From the human T2T-CHM13v2.0 reference genome, Homo sapiens, in NCBI RefSeq assembly GCF_009914755.1, contig NC_060925.1: a DNA stretch of 64,000 nt. The stretch is one strand, 5' to 3'. The notes beneath the pieces are model-generated. The model ran no database searches and was not told where the DNA came from. It saw only the letters and a program-made list of their open reading frames with translations. Made by a program: the position numbers and the translations under genes. This document shows, in pieces, positions 27,943-41,325 of this stretch. Numbering within the stretch: position 1 is the first letter of the stretch; each line of letters begins with the position of its first letter.

Positions 27943-28521
27943 GGAAGAGCATAAATGTTTGAAGGCAGACAGTATAAGGCATAGTGAGGGAATAGTAAGT
28001 CTAGACAATTTTCCACATAGGTGAGGAATGGGAGGACGTGTTTGAAAGGTGGGCTGAGATCACACTGTGAACTTTGAGCATATGAAAGTGAGTTTTAGGA
28101 GGGGGATCTTTATCTTAATGGCAGTGGGGGCCCTCTGAAATTTTTGGAATTCTGATGTGGTGGGACCTGACAAGTGTCATGTAGTAGGAAATTTAATAGC
28201 ATTGGAAAGCATTGGAAATGAATGTGGGTAGTACAAAAGGTTTCTATGTGTATCCTGTACTTGGTAAAGGGTAGAACCTTTTCAGTTATGGCTGATTTGT
28301 GTTTAGAGGGACATATAATCAGTTGAATGCTTCTAGTACATGATTGTTGTTATTTTCTATTTCTCAGAAAAAGACAACTTAAGAGTAGCTCATTTTTTGG
28401 ACACACAGGTCAGGCTTTTACAATATGTTTAGGTTTTAACAGAATAACAGAAAGTGGAATTGTTTTTTGAACATGTTATGTGGTGTGTGGGTAGATATTT
28501 AGTCTTTAGAAATGCAAAATG

Positions 28522-28848
<327 letters not shown>

Positions 28849-29759
28849 TCAGAAGATGCATCAAAAACAACCTATAGAATTGCCATGAGATCGTCAGCTT
28901 TGCCAAATGACAGCAAACATATAATTTCAAATGGAAAATACACTCATTAAGCCATTTAGACTAGTGAAGTTATATGTGTTATATTTTATATTCCATTTGT
29001 ATATGGACTCATTTTTCATATTGAAATATTAGCATAAATGAGGAGATCTAAACACTGCCTTCATTTGATTGGGAAATTATCTTAAGTACATGATATAGGA
29101 TATTTAAAGAGGCTTTAGCATTCATAGCTTGGAATTGGATAGTTTATGGTTATTTTCTTATTTTTGTTGAAATTTAAACTGCACTTTCTGAAATAGCATT
29201 TATTATACTTTCAGATATCATCTGTCTTGACTAGGAAGTCAGTCACTGAATGAGTAATTTTGTTTCTGGTATTACTGCCTGACAAACTGATTTTCAGAGA
29301 TGGTCATAAAAGCAGCATTAATGATCATTTTTAGAGATAGAATGACAAATATCTTGATAAATCATGCCTTGTGCTTAACTTATTTATGAATAGTTTCTGC
29401 TGTGGATCTTTTTGGTGCTCTTAAAATGCAGTTAAATTTGTAGTTCAAGAATTGAATTTTTATTCTTCCAGTAATTGCAGCCAAGGGCTGCACTCTCTTT
29501 CAGCCTAGATAAGCCACAGTGACATTCCTAGGCCAAAAGAAGGATGCTTGTTGAAAGCTGGTGGGCAGTGAAAAGGACAGGCAGTGTATAGCTTCCCTTT
29601 CAAATGCAGAAACAGGGCTTCTCCAAGGTGGAGTGTTGATAAATTATGGGATATTCCAAAAGTCCTTAGTCCACACTTTCTGCTCTAGCAAAGGTAATTT
29701 TTGCTATTTATTTTGACCTAAGTACCTTTATAAAGATTTTGTTTTTTCCTCTGGAGGAA

Positions 29760-30195
29760 GGTAACTAATATTTATTGAGCACTCACCATGTGCCAAGCAT
29801 CTTAGGAAATGCTTTAAATGCAGTCTCATTTAATTCCTACTATTACCTTGTGATGAAAGCATTATTATACTAATTTTGAGGATGAAAACATTAAGCCTCA
29901 GCCAAGTAATTTGCTTAAGTTTATATAGCGAGGGCTGACTTGTTTTTTTTCTTTCACCAACCCAAAGTCTATACTTTTTCTAGTGCCTGCTTAAGACTCA
30001 GTATGTTAAAACTTTAAAAATATTTATTGAGAGTTTCAGTATGTTCCAGGTATATAACTTAGATATATTTATTTTCATTTTAAAGATGAAGAAATGGAGA
30101 GGTTCAGATTAATACTTTTTTCAGCATTACACAGAGCCAGGATTCAAACTTAGGTCTATCTGACTCCAAAGCCTATGCTCTTACCTACCACATTG
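29760..30195 (-). mobile_element. Two MIR copies
   Basis: ATTTATTGAGCACTCACCATGTGCCAAGC; GATGAAGAAATGGAG; GAGCCAGGATTCAAACTTAGGTCTATCTGACTCCAAAGCC. Confidence 0.75.
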
Positions 30196-30388
30196 ACTTG
30201 TAAGACTTTTTCTTAAAGGGTTATATTTTAAAATTATTATTAATATTTACAATTATTTTCTATTTAATTCTTTTCTTAAGTACATAAATGCCATAAGTGC
30301 TACCCCCTTTTCATGCAAATATAGTGAGTTAATGTGGAGGATCTACTACTAAATGCCTTTAGGATTCTGCTAAACGCTTCGAATACGT

Positions 30389-30619
30389 TAGGGTTTCTCA
30401 ACCCCAGTGCAATTGATACTTTGGGCCAGATGATTCCCTGTTTGGGAGACAGCCTGTCTCGTGCATTGCAGGGTGTTTAACAGCATCCCTGGCCTCTACC
30501 AACTAGATGCAAACAACACTCTCTTTTCCCCCTACCCAGTTGTGACAACCAAAAATGCTTCAGACATTATCAAATATCTTTTGTCAGAGAGGAAATCACC
30601 TGAAGTTGAAAACTAATGG
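30389..30619 (+). mobile_element. MER20 (hAT-Charlie)
   Basis: GGTTTCTCAACC...TTGGGCCAGATGATT...CAGCATCCCTGGCCTCTACC...CCAGTTGTGACAACCAAAAATG...GTTGAAAACTAATG. Confidence 0.88.
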
Positions 30620-32529
30620 TCTACATTATCTCATCTTATCCTTAGAACACCCCATGAGGCTCATATCATTATGATCTCAGCTTTACACAATAAGAATAAC
30701 TTGCTCAGGGTCATATGCTGAGAAATAGTATCTTCAGGGCTCAAATTGAAGGCTTACCTATGACTTTGGACTAATTTTTGTTGTATTTCATGGACTACGT
30801 CTTGTCTTCAAACTTAACTTGAGCATCCTCAAGGCTTGGCTATGTCAGATTCTCCTTTTTCTTTTGCCCCAAGGGCACCTAGAAAAGTACTTAATACCCA
30901 GCTGTGCTTTGACAGATGTTCATTAAGCAAATGACCCATTTTATGTGGGTCATATTTAAATAAGCATATTTTAAATAAAATAGAGCTGAGTGCAGTAATT
31001 AAGAATCAGACACATCACAGGTTTACATCTCATTCCTGCCATTTATTAGTTATAGGATCATGGAAAAATTTTTGACCTATTTGATTTCCTCATTTGTTTG
31101 TGACTAATAATCCCTCCTGTGGATAATGTGAGGAGTGAGTTAACATATAAAGTCATCTAGCATAGTACAAGACACAAGGTTACAAAGTTAAGTACATGAT
31201 AGCTACTAGTAATACAAATAATATTAATATTAATGATAGTAAGGTGGCTTGGATTTTCTCTTTATATTATGACATAATTTACATATACTTTTATTTCAAT
31301 AAATTTAGAAAAAAATTTCTTGTCTGCCTAAGACAACTTGAAAGCTGCTGTTTCATTAACGTTAAATAAAAATTACATGAAATATAAAATATACAGAAGG
31401 TAAATGAGGAAATTAGGGGGAAAAAGTAAAGCCAAACAAACAAACCAAAAAAAACCCCAGGACCATTAAAAGACAAAATTAACATATTGTAGTACTGAGG
31501 TTTCAGTGAGGAATTAAGCTTAGTTCCTTTCATTTCACTAAAGAAGTTTTAACCCTTGTGGTGGCTCAAGGGCTAGGGCTTCTTTTGGCTTTGAGAGCAG
31601 ATGAATTGACTCATCCCTGACCTCAGCCCTCAGCCTTCTGCTGATTTGGCATCTCTAGCTTCCTTCCCCGAGGTCTGACCTTTTGCCTCATTTCCTCTGA
31701 CTCAATTTTGGGTTCTGTTCTTGGCTTTCAGTTTCTGCTCTGAGAGTTCCTTTTCTAAATTTCTGGGTCCTCTTGTAGGTTAGTTACTCACTTGTTTCAG
31801 TTTCTCTGCTGGTCTCCTTCTTAGGGTATGGCCCTCCATGCTCTGCCACACCTGGGTTGCATCAGCTGCTCAAAGGCAGCATTTCTCACCTGCTGCTGCT
31901 CTCCCTGATCCAGGGCCAACTTGGACAAATCCCTTCCAAATGTAATTGGCCATAATCATGTAGGTTTTAACTATAGGTTGGTGGCATTAAATTTCCAAGA
32001 CAGTAAAATGTCAGGGTGGAAATTCATTGTTTTTAGATACTGGAGGGACTTTCTGTGTTTTAAATGCCTCTCAATTATTTTTTTCATCCATTGGCACACT
32101 TTGGAATGTTAATATTTGTAGTAAATACTGAACTACATAGATAATGCTGTTTGTGGTTCTAGGAATTACATGCCTATCCTAGGGACTGAGGGGACGACTG
32201 TCTCAGCCTCCTATATGATATTATGTATAGAAATGCACTGGTTGAGAAGCTCTATTCTAAAGTCTCCATGAAAACACAAATAGATAGCACTGGGCAGGGG
32301 TTGGGAGAGAGTATAACACCTTAAACAATTATTCTCTAGCTTCTTTATTTCTATTTGCCTGTCAACTGCTTTCTAAGGGTCCTAGACAGCCCTGGAAAAG
32401 TTGCCCCAGGAATACAAAACCTTAAGAATGAAGATAAGGACACTAAAGTTTCTGTAGGGGCTGGAGAGGGAATACCTAAATCTATTCTAAGACATGTTGG
32501 GAGATACTAAAACTGGAACGAGATTGGGA

Positions 32530-33535
32530 ACAGGCAGAGAGTTAGGAGGCTACCGAGGGAGTTCAGGAATGAGGTATTGAGGGTTTGGTTTATTAGCTGC
32601 TCACCTGTAGAGGAGTGAGTCACTTATTTAAATTCATACAGAAAATATGTAAGCATATATGGTGGGTTGGTTGTTAATACTTTGTCAAATGCATGCCACT
32701 TAACTAATCGTGGGAGGTCACTATAATTACCATTTAGATGTGAGAGGTATACGGAGGGAGAAAGAAGTCAACAGTAATATGCAAGTTACTATTTTAATTA
32801 ATTGGGGGAATTGAATTGCCATTCACTAAAGAAAGACTAAGAAAAAGATACAGTTTTGCTGGGGGAAATGGCATGTTGAGTTTTGAACGTGCAAGTTTGA
32901 GATATTTTTGCCATGTAAAATAATACCTATCTGAAAAGTATTTGGAAGGTGGTCTGGAACTCTCAGGAAAAAGCCAGATCAGAGTAAACAGATTTTAGAA
33001 GTGAACAATATAGAGATCTATACATTTTCATTGTGGGCCCTGGAAATCATATTCAAAATAGTATGAAAAATGTGTGCCAGTGTAGTTTTTCTGAGGAGGG
33101 GGTCCTCTATAGTTTCAAAGAATCACTGCTACAGATAGATGAGATAGGTAAATTAAGACCTTAATGGCAAATGGGTAGAAATTATGATTTTTAAAGTAAA
33201 AGAGGAAAATGAATCAAGGATAACTTCAGGGTATTTTTTTCTTTGGCAGCAGTGCAAGAGTAGGAGAAGAAATTGGTTTGTGAAGCTATGGGGTTAGAAA
33301 TACTGAATTTGAATTAGAATGTAGCTTTGAAAAATAATGTGTCCAATAGGCAGTAGGCACTGCGGCAAAAAAAAAAAAAAAAAAACAACAGTTGAGAGAT
33401 CTGGAATATAGATTTGTTTGTCTTCAGTGTTATGCTGATAATAGAAGCCCTGAGTGTATGTGAGCTTTAAGCCAATTATTAGACTAAAAAGAGAACAGTG
33501 AAGAAGTCCAAGTTTTGAGCTTTGGGTATTACCCA
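32530..33535 (-). mobile_element. L2 fragments (with a possible Charlie4z-like piece ~33030-33130)
   Basis: GTTAGGAGGCTA; TTGCCATTCACTAAAG; GAGTTTTGAACGTGCAAGTTTGAGAT; TCAAGGATAACTTCAGGG. Confidence 0.55.
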
Positions 33536-33907
33536 GAGTCGAGAGCCAGGTGAACAGAAGGGCTGGGGCACTCTGGGCACTTGACAGAAAATTCAGTCGT
33601 GAATTGACTACAGCACATTGCTTGCCAAAGCCTTGCCCGAGGCAGCTGCTGGTTGATGGAAACAGCTCAGGGTGTGTGTCAGCACTCTTCCTCTAGCTGG
33701 CTGGACTGGTAGTCTTCAAATCCTTTTGCTCCCTCATCCTTATAACAATATTTAAGTCACATCATCTTATTATATGTACATATGTTTAGATGCTGTAGAG
33801 AATATGTGAAAACAGAAATTTATGAAGATGAAATACATTGATAAAAGATGAATGTAATATATATATTCTTATAACCAATGGATTATTTTGTGCACCTTCT
33901 GTAATGC

Positions 33908-34400
33908 TTTTTTTTAAAAGAAACTTTATTGAGATACTGCTTAAGTACAATAAGTTAAACTCATTTAAAAGGCTACAATTTAGTGACTATTGACAAATGT
34001 GTTCAATTATGAAAACACCACAATCAAGATATTTCCATTACTCTCGAAAGTTTCCTGGTGCCTCCTTGCTGTCCATTCCTCTCTCTAACCCATCCTTTGG
34101 CAAACACTGATCTGCTTTCTTTCACTGTGAATTAGTTTTAGTTGTTATAATTTTATATAAATAGAATCATATAGTATCTACTTTTTTTTGTTTCTGTCAC
34201 TCAAAGGATGCTTTTTTTCTTATTGCTGTATGGGATATAGCAAAATGTCTTTATACATTTACCTGTTGATTGTCATTTAGGTTGTTCCCAGGTGTAAACT
34301 ATTACAAAAATACCAGCTACAAATTTTTTTTTGTATAAGTTTTTGCATGGATATATGTTTTTATTTGTCTTGAGTAAATACCTAGTTATGGAAAAGCTTG
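33908..34400 (-). mobile_element. L1M (MC/ME) 3' end
   Basis: ACTTTATTGAGATA; CACCACAATCAAGATATTTCCATTAC; GGCAAACACTGATCTGCTTTCT; AATAGAATCATATAGTA. Confidence 0.75.
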
Positions 34401-34494
34401 ATTTTTCTAGGTAATTAGAAAGTGCTTGGCTATGCAAAAATTATTGCATTTCCCAGCAAAAGTGTGTTCATTAATTCTTCATTCAACACACATT

Positions 34495-34496
<2 letters not shown>

Positions 34497-34525
<29 letters not shown>

Positions 34526-34679
34526 TTATTATTATACTTTAAGTTTTACGGTACACGTGCACAATGTGCAGGTTAGTTACATATGTATACATGTGCCATG
34601 CTGGTGCGCTGCACCCACTAACTCGTCATCTAGCATTAGGTAATCTCCCAGTGCCATCCCTCCCCCCTCCCCCCCACCC
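34497..34679 (-). mobile_element. L1PA2-like 3' terminal fragment
   Basis: GGTGCGCTGCACCCACTAACTCGTCATCTAGCATTAGG (GAG, not the Ta ACA diagnostic); (TTTA)n tail; perfect 14-bp TSD TCAACACACATTTT at 34483-34496 and 34680-34693. Confidence 0.92.
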
Positions 34680-35646
34680 TCAACACACATTTTTAAGCAA
34701 GCATAACTTGTGCTTTAAGAGCCAACATAAATATTACATCTCTGCTTTTGAAGAAATTTAATTTAAGATATATAAATTTGGAAGCCATATAGATGATTAA
34801 GTTGGTGTTTCAAGTCACGAGACAACACAATTATTTATCAAATGGTAGTTCAGTTTGGGAATAGAAATTGAGTACTGTTGGCTCTGTAAGTGAGAAAAAA
34901 TACAACCAAAATTAAAAATTAAACTGAGAATAAATGCAACATGGTATCCTGGATTGGATGCTGGAATGGTAAAAGGACCTTAGTGGAAAAATGGCTGAAG
35001 TGTGTATGGAAACTCTGTACTATCTTTACAACTTTTCTGTAAATTTAAAATGATTTGAAAATAAAAAAGTTTATTTTTAAAAAAAGGTTCATTGAGAAAC
35101 CAATTGTAAAATTAGGAGTTTCTGCTCAATAAAATTTGTCCTGAAGCTAAAAAAATTTAAACTGAACTAAACATTTGATCATATATGACAAAGATACATT
35201 CTTATTAAATAAAATGCACTTATCAGTCAATAATAACAATCCTACTCTCCTCAAAGAATATTGGACAAAGTATATAAAAGCAATCAGTAAAAGGATTCAT
35301 ACATATTGCTATATAAGGAAGGAACCATATTCACCTGCCTCAAGTTTTTACATAAAAGGACTTCAGCTACAGTACCTTGTTCCGTTTCCTCATTTCTGAC
35401 TCCATCCTAAGCTAACTGATCTTAATAATTGGTGAGAAAAAAATAACAACTGCTTGGCTCGGCTCTTTCTCAATTTTCTCTTTTCCTATAGATGCACCTC
35501 AGCTGCTTGTGTTTCAGTTTTAGAAGAATCTTGGAAGGTCCAAGTGTTATCAAAAGTCAAGTATTCTTTTCTGATCAGCCTAAACATTAAGAAAGCTATT
35601 TTTTAAAATCAGTGTGATTCCTGTTTCTGTTTTTAGTGATTATTAA

Positions 35647-35650
<4 letters not shown>

Positions 35651-35695
<45 letters not shown>

Positions 35696-35720
35696 AGAGA
35701 GAGAGAGATAGAGAGAGAGA
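35651..35720. repeat. (GT)21 followed by (GA)n
   Basis: Directly visible. Confidence 0.97.
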
Positions 35721-35779
35721 TTTGGTTTTGGGGTGGGGTGGTGAGTACAATTAATTATCTCAACCCTTGACAGCTAATA

Positions 35780-36280
35780 AACGCTTGAAGATATATTAAT
35801 TCTCCATAGTAACCAAATAAGTGCAACTTAAAGCAAGGTTGCTGCTACCGAATTGATAATTCATAAAAGGTTTCAGAAGGAAAAATAGCCAGTTTTGAAG
35901 AATTTTTAGTGAAAGGACCTTTAAACTGTGAGTAGAAATATAAATTGGTACAATTTTCCCCAAAGGCAAATTGGCAATTTGTATCAATAACCATAAAATG
36001 GTTCATACTCAATTTTGATTTTATGATAAAATCTATGGAAGCAATCACAGATTTCATCACAAAGATTTATAAACAAGGATGTTAGTCAAGCACTATTTAT
36101 AATGGACAAAGAAAGCAAAACAGCCTTATTATCTAATATGGGGATATTATGCTACTTACTATTAAAGCCATGAAAATCATTTTTTGAAGAGTATTTGTTG
36201 ATTTGGGAAAATTAATATGATACAGTATAAATTAGATAAAAACAAGATACAATACTATATGTGTGTTTTAATTCGAATTT
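35780..36280 (+). mobile_element. L1ME 3' region
   Basis: TATAAATTGGTACAA...GGCAAATTGGCAAT; ACAAGGATGTT...AAGCACTATTTATAAT. Confidence 0.6.
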
Positions 36281-37469
36281 TGTAAGCAGCTTCTATGTAA
36301 TAAGTTTTGTAAAAAGCATTTTTATAAAATTATAATTTTGAAAAATAATTTTGTAACAAAGCCAACACAAATACATTCATAAACATATTTGTAAAAAAGT
36401 ATTATTAAGTGAGATGATTCTTGTGCTCCAGACTTGTAGCTGAGGTTCAAAACTGTGAACAAAGTTTACTATGTACTGCACAGAAATGGTAATTTTTGGG
36501 GGTGCACAATGTTTGTGAGGAGTGGGCCCAATGAAAAGGGTGTCCTCATGATGCCTGCCTGCCACACAGGAGGCATCTAAAGCCAGTGTGAAATTGTTAA
36601 GCAGAGAACCAAGAGCCAGGAAAATAATCATAAGAGGGTGACAATCTCTCCCAGTTAAGTTAGGAGAGATTTATTCGTTTTCTCTTCCCTGTCTTTGGTG
36701 GAGTTAGCCTTTAAGAGAAAAGAGGCAGTATGTAAGGGTGCTGCTTCTTGCATTCAGAACCTTGTTGACAGGGAACCCAAGTGTAGCTTTCATTGGTGGC
36801 AGGGTAATGGAAGAGCTTTAAATTTAAGGTTGAAGATTGAAATTTAAAAATGAAAGGACTGAGCCTTAAGTATCAAAGCAAGACTCTTCTGTAACTCTAA
36901 ATTTACATGTACATGTCAGTACATACATGGCTTGCTGATGGGGTCCCAACTCACTGCTGTGTACACATGAAGTGGTTTTTATTTATTTATTTTTACTGTC
37001 GCAGGTCAAACTCTAGTCCCTCCCTTTATTATTGCAACTCTTATTGATGTGTTGACCAGACTCTATATCTAAATTCGTTGTTTGGTTTTTATAGGATTGT
37101 GTATGTATTTTGTACATCATGAATGAATGAAAAGAGCTAGAAGCATACGCCCTAAAAATTGAAGATTAATTAATGATCTTTTAGTCATAGATTTATCCAT
37201 TTTGTTTGCATCTTTAGACTTCCTTGTATTTTCAAAAACAATTATGTATAATAATTTATAATCTCACAAAAATATATATTTCAAAAATGTCTTCTGTAAA
37301 ATTATAATTGAAGATGATATTCATTGTGTTACTTGATTTACATATTTTACAAGGACACACACATTATTTTTATTCTTAAAAAATTAACACCTCAGGAAAA
37401 TGTTTCTTCAGATAAACTTGTAAAATTTCTTTTATCAGATACAAATATAGGGCCTCTTCTGCTCTAGTT

Positions 37470-38142
37470 GTCAAAAAAAAAGCTAAATTCATTGCTCAGC
37501 TGTCACTGTTATTGATTTTGCCTTCATCATGTCTAATTTAGAATCCTTCAGCAGCCTTCTAATTATTCCCTGCTCTAACCTCTTCCACCCTCAACAATGC
37601 CTTCCAAGGGATATTTCTAGCCTGCAAATCTAGCTATAGTTATTTCCACACTTAAAATTCTTCAGCCACTTTCTATGTCACAAAACCAAACTATGGGCCT
37701 GGCACTCTAAGCTTTTCCTGCTCAGGACTCTGCCTAAATGTCTTTTCTTGTGTATTGTTCTTTTCCTGTTTGCATTCTATTCTTCAACCTTATTAAATTA
37801 CTTGTAATTTTCCTAGAGAGCTGTGATCTTTTCATGCTTTTGCTCTATTTCTTGTGTTCTTTTCTCTTCCATCCTCCTTCTTCCTATTGTCCCTGTCTCT
37901 GGAGAAAATTTTTTCTTTTCCTTTAATGGGCTCCCTTTTACCTGGCAGAGTAATCTATTCCTTTCTTGTGTTCCCAGCGTCACATGTACAGAACTGTAAT
38001 TCTTCATTTTCTTGTGTGTGTCTTCTGTATAAATATTAGGAGATTCTCAAAGGCCAGAACCACGCCTTTCTCAATTAGCTAAGGGCTTATTATACAATGA
38101 ATGTTTAATACATACATATATATATATGCATACATATATATT

Positions 38143-38178
<36 letters not shown>

Positions 38179-38830
38179 AAATAACAAAAATCTTCAAATA
38201 CATTGCCTTTTAAAATCCATGCAACAAACTCAGGAGGCAGATGTTATTATACAGGTAAAGAAATGGAAGCTTAGAGATATTATATTTATTGCGTTGTTAT
38301 TTGCTTAATACCTGTCTCTTCCACTGGACCATAAGCTCAACAAAGTCAGGGATAGTATTAGTCAAGGATAAGCTAGCATAGGTTGCAATAATAAAACACC
38401 CCCAAATTTCAGTGGCTTCTTAAAAACCCCAACATAGTTTGTTTCTCACTCATACTGCATGCCCATTGTGAGTGTGGTGCTCTTCTGCCACACTTAGATT
38501 TTACTCTGGGATCAGTCTAACAAAACAGCTGCTACCTTGAACATTGCCAATTGCCATAGCAGAAGGAGAAGGGATGTGGAACCACACAAGGGCTTTTGAA
38601 CTTCTGCCCATGTTTCATTGGCCAAAGCAAGCCACATGACCTGTCCTAAATACAACAGGATGGGTATATATAATCCACCTAGAGGGATGGCACCACAGAG
38701 AAAAATGAAATATATGGCAGACAAAATAATCTATCATAGATAACCCAACTGTTTTGTCCACGATTACATATCCAATACCCTATGCCTGATTCATTGTAGG
38801 TCTCAGTATATGGTGATTGCATGATTGAAT
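37470..38830 (+). mobile_element. L2 remnants interrupted by (AT/CA)n (38110-38178), MIR and an MLT1 LTR
   Basis: CACTTAAAATTCTTCAG; CTGTCTCTTCCACTGGACCATAAGCTC; TGCCTGATTCATTGTAGGTCTCAGT...TGATTGAATG. Confidence 0.55.
38358..38740 (-). mobile_element. MLT1-type LTR
   Basis: TTAGTCAAGGATAAGCTAG; CCCAAATTTCAGTGGCTT; TTTCATTGGCCAAAGCAAGCCACATGACC. Confidence 0.7.
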
Positions 38831-38960
38831 GTCAGAAGGCTTGTAGGAGTGCCGGAACTGTTATTTGATTAGTCTAACTCCAGAGACCAGTCTGAATGAC
38901 TTTGCTATTTATATAACTTGGTCTCAGATATTTACGAATATCCATTCTCTGCTTATTCTC

Positions 38961-39258
38961 TTGTTTGTTTTTGTTTTTGTTTTTTTTTTTTTTTGAGACA
39001 GAGTCTCGCTCTGTCGCCCAGGCTGGAGTACAGTGGCGCGATCTCGGCTCACTGCAAGCTCCGCCTCCCGGGTTCACGCTATTCTCCTGCCTTAGCCTTG
39101 AGTAGCTGGGACTATAGGCGCCCGCCACCGCGGCGGGCTATTTTTTTGTATTTTTAGCAGAGACGGGGTTTCACCGTGTTAGCCAGGATGGTCTCGATCT
39201 CCTGACCTCATGATCCGCCTGCCTCGGCCTCCCAAAGTGCTGAGTCACCGCGCCTGGC
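38961..39258 (-). mobile_element. AluY with a 14-bp deletion near its 5' end
   Basis: AluY diagnostics (GCAAGCTCCGCC, CCGTGTTAGCCAGGATGG); GTGCTG[GGATTACAGGCGTG missing]AGTCACC; TSD TATTCTCTTGTTT at 38954-38966 and 39260-39272. Confidence 0.93.
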
Positions 39259-41325
39259 ATATTCTCTTGTTTTTGCTTTGTTTATAATTGTTCTGTAAAG
39301 GGCATGAAATTAGTTGCTGTGACTGTAAAAGAATTACAGAAGGAATGACCGCAGAGGTAGAAGGATTCCACCAATGTATAGCTCCAGAGAAATCATGTTA
39401 CGAATTCACAAGGAAAAGAATAAGAGACAGTATCAACAGAGCAAGAGATTGATTAGACAAAAAGACTACGATTTGGTTGGAAAAGGTCTTTGCTGTCAGA
39501 TATTTCAGGGGAGTTATGGGGGCAACTAAGTGAAGGTTTTCAGATTTAATCAAACTAAAAGATAGAAGTAATAGCAACAGTATATATCTTTCAGAGCATT
39601 CTGAGACTGAAATTGGGAATGGAGGTGTGGTTGAGATCCCATATTGAAGGAATACAGAGATTTTCTCTTTGCAATTGAAATATTCAAGTGGGCTCATTCT
39701 CCATTTTCTTAGAAATAGAGAAGGAAAGAACTTTAAAAATTGAAGAATGGATTTTATCTCTGAATAACCACATTAATCTCATTGAATGACAAATCAATCT
39801 GAACAATTCACTATGGAAAAAAGAACTTCAAATATTGTAGGTTAGATAGGCACTTTTTGCAATTCTAATAATCTTGTTTTATGGTTAAAATAAAATATGA
39901 AATTATAAAGATTAATTGAAGTATTGCTTTCTCACTAATGAGATTAGATTGTCTGTGGTCAGAAATGTGTGTTAGTACAAGAGATTTAGTAGGGGTGAGA
40001 TGAATTTCCTGAAGAGGAATTCTAGAGGCAGAGTAAGAGCATATGTTTTAAGTAAGATGTATCTTAGCCCTTTAAAAAATTACTTTACCACCTTAAATTT
40101 AGGTTTTAATTCAGTCTGTAGTCCTTAATAGCAGTGAGTCAATGGGAAAATTAATCCCTTGGGTTCTTCCTTTCTTCATCTACAAAGTAGAGATATGGTA
40201 TTTACATTGACATTTTATTTAATAAATAATAATGCATGGAAGTATTGACAGTCAATGGTAGCTCCAAAGATAGACAATTAGAAATAATTACAGAAATAAT
40301 TACTCAGCCATCCACTTTCACTCCTAGGAAAGAGCAGGAAAAGTGAGATTAGATGGACAGAATTTGATCAACTCTGGTTTACTTTTTGACACATTGATAT
40401 CTCTGTAAGGTAAGTCAGGCTTAACAGTGCTGCATGGTGGGCCCCAGCCCAGGAAATTATTTTTCCTTAGAGCCTCAGAATTCATTTAGCTACTTGGAAT
40501 TTTAATAAAGAATTTTACCAACCCTGGCCATAATTTACAAACTCTGTGGCTTGCCTGAATCCACTGAGGAGAGATGAGTACATTGCATGAGACAGGGCAC
40601 TCTGTCTCTAATGATGACTCCAGCTGACCACAGCTTGGTCAGGCACAGTGGAATGCAGCTTATTCTGCCCCTAGAAAGGTTAAAGTGGTTGCGTCATTTA
40701 TAAACTGTCAGTCTTTTTTATTCTTGCTTAAGGTTGCAGGAGAGTAATTGCCATAGCAACAGTTATCCCTTCCAATGCTGTTAAGTACAAGGGTGCCCCT
40801 TGGTAGAATGATTGGAGATTCAGGAAGTTCTAATCCTGTTATGATTTATTCAATATTTCTTTGATTTTGAAACTATTTAACAAGTTCTTTGCACATTTTC
40901 CTGGAAAGTAGCATAGATTCTGTATAATAGCTCTTAGGGCTAGAAGCTGTCTCCTAAAGAAGTCTACTTTCTCCAGTCCTGGTCTTCCTACGTATAGAAG
41001 TTCTCTATTTCATGAAAACTAAAAAAAACCTGCTTTATCCAGTTACTTGTGTCTTAAATCTATTTTGTCTATACTTCTCCCTAATCTACTTCTCTTTCTG
41101 ACTTCTCATTTTAGATAATGGTACTAACTTCTCTTTCTACAAACAGAAACTCAGAATTGAGTGTCATTTTATACTCATTCTGCAATCTAAAATTGATCTG
41201 CCAATTTTGCCTATTTAGTGCAGTTGTTCTCATTCCTGGCATGCATAAGAATCAACTGTAGAGTCTTTAAAAAATGTCACCCTTAAAACTTATCCCTGGA
41301 TATGCTGGGATATGAATGTCCATCT

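Noticed and set aside
34405-34465. MADE1-like (mariner) terminal sequence TGCAAAAATTATTGC
   Set aside because: Too short and degenerate; no second inverted terminus found.
36400-36900. Possible ancient Gypsy-like LTR or unique regulatory DNA
   Set aside because: Could not assign a family or termini by eye; needs a Dfam search.
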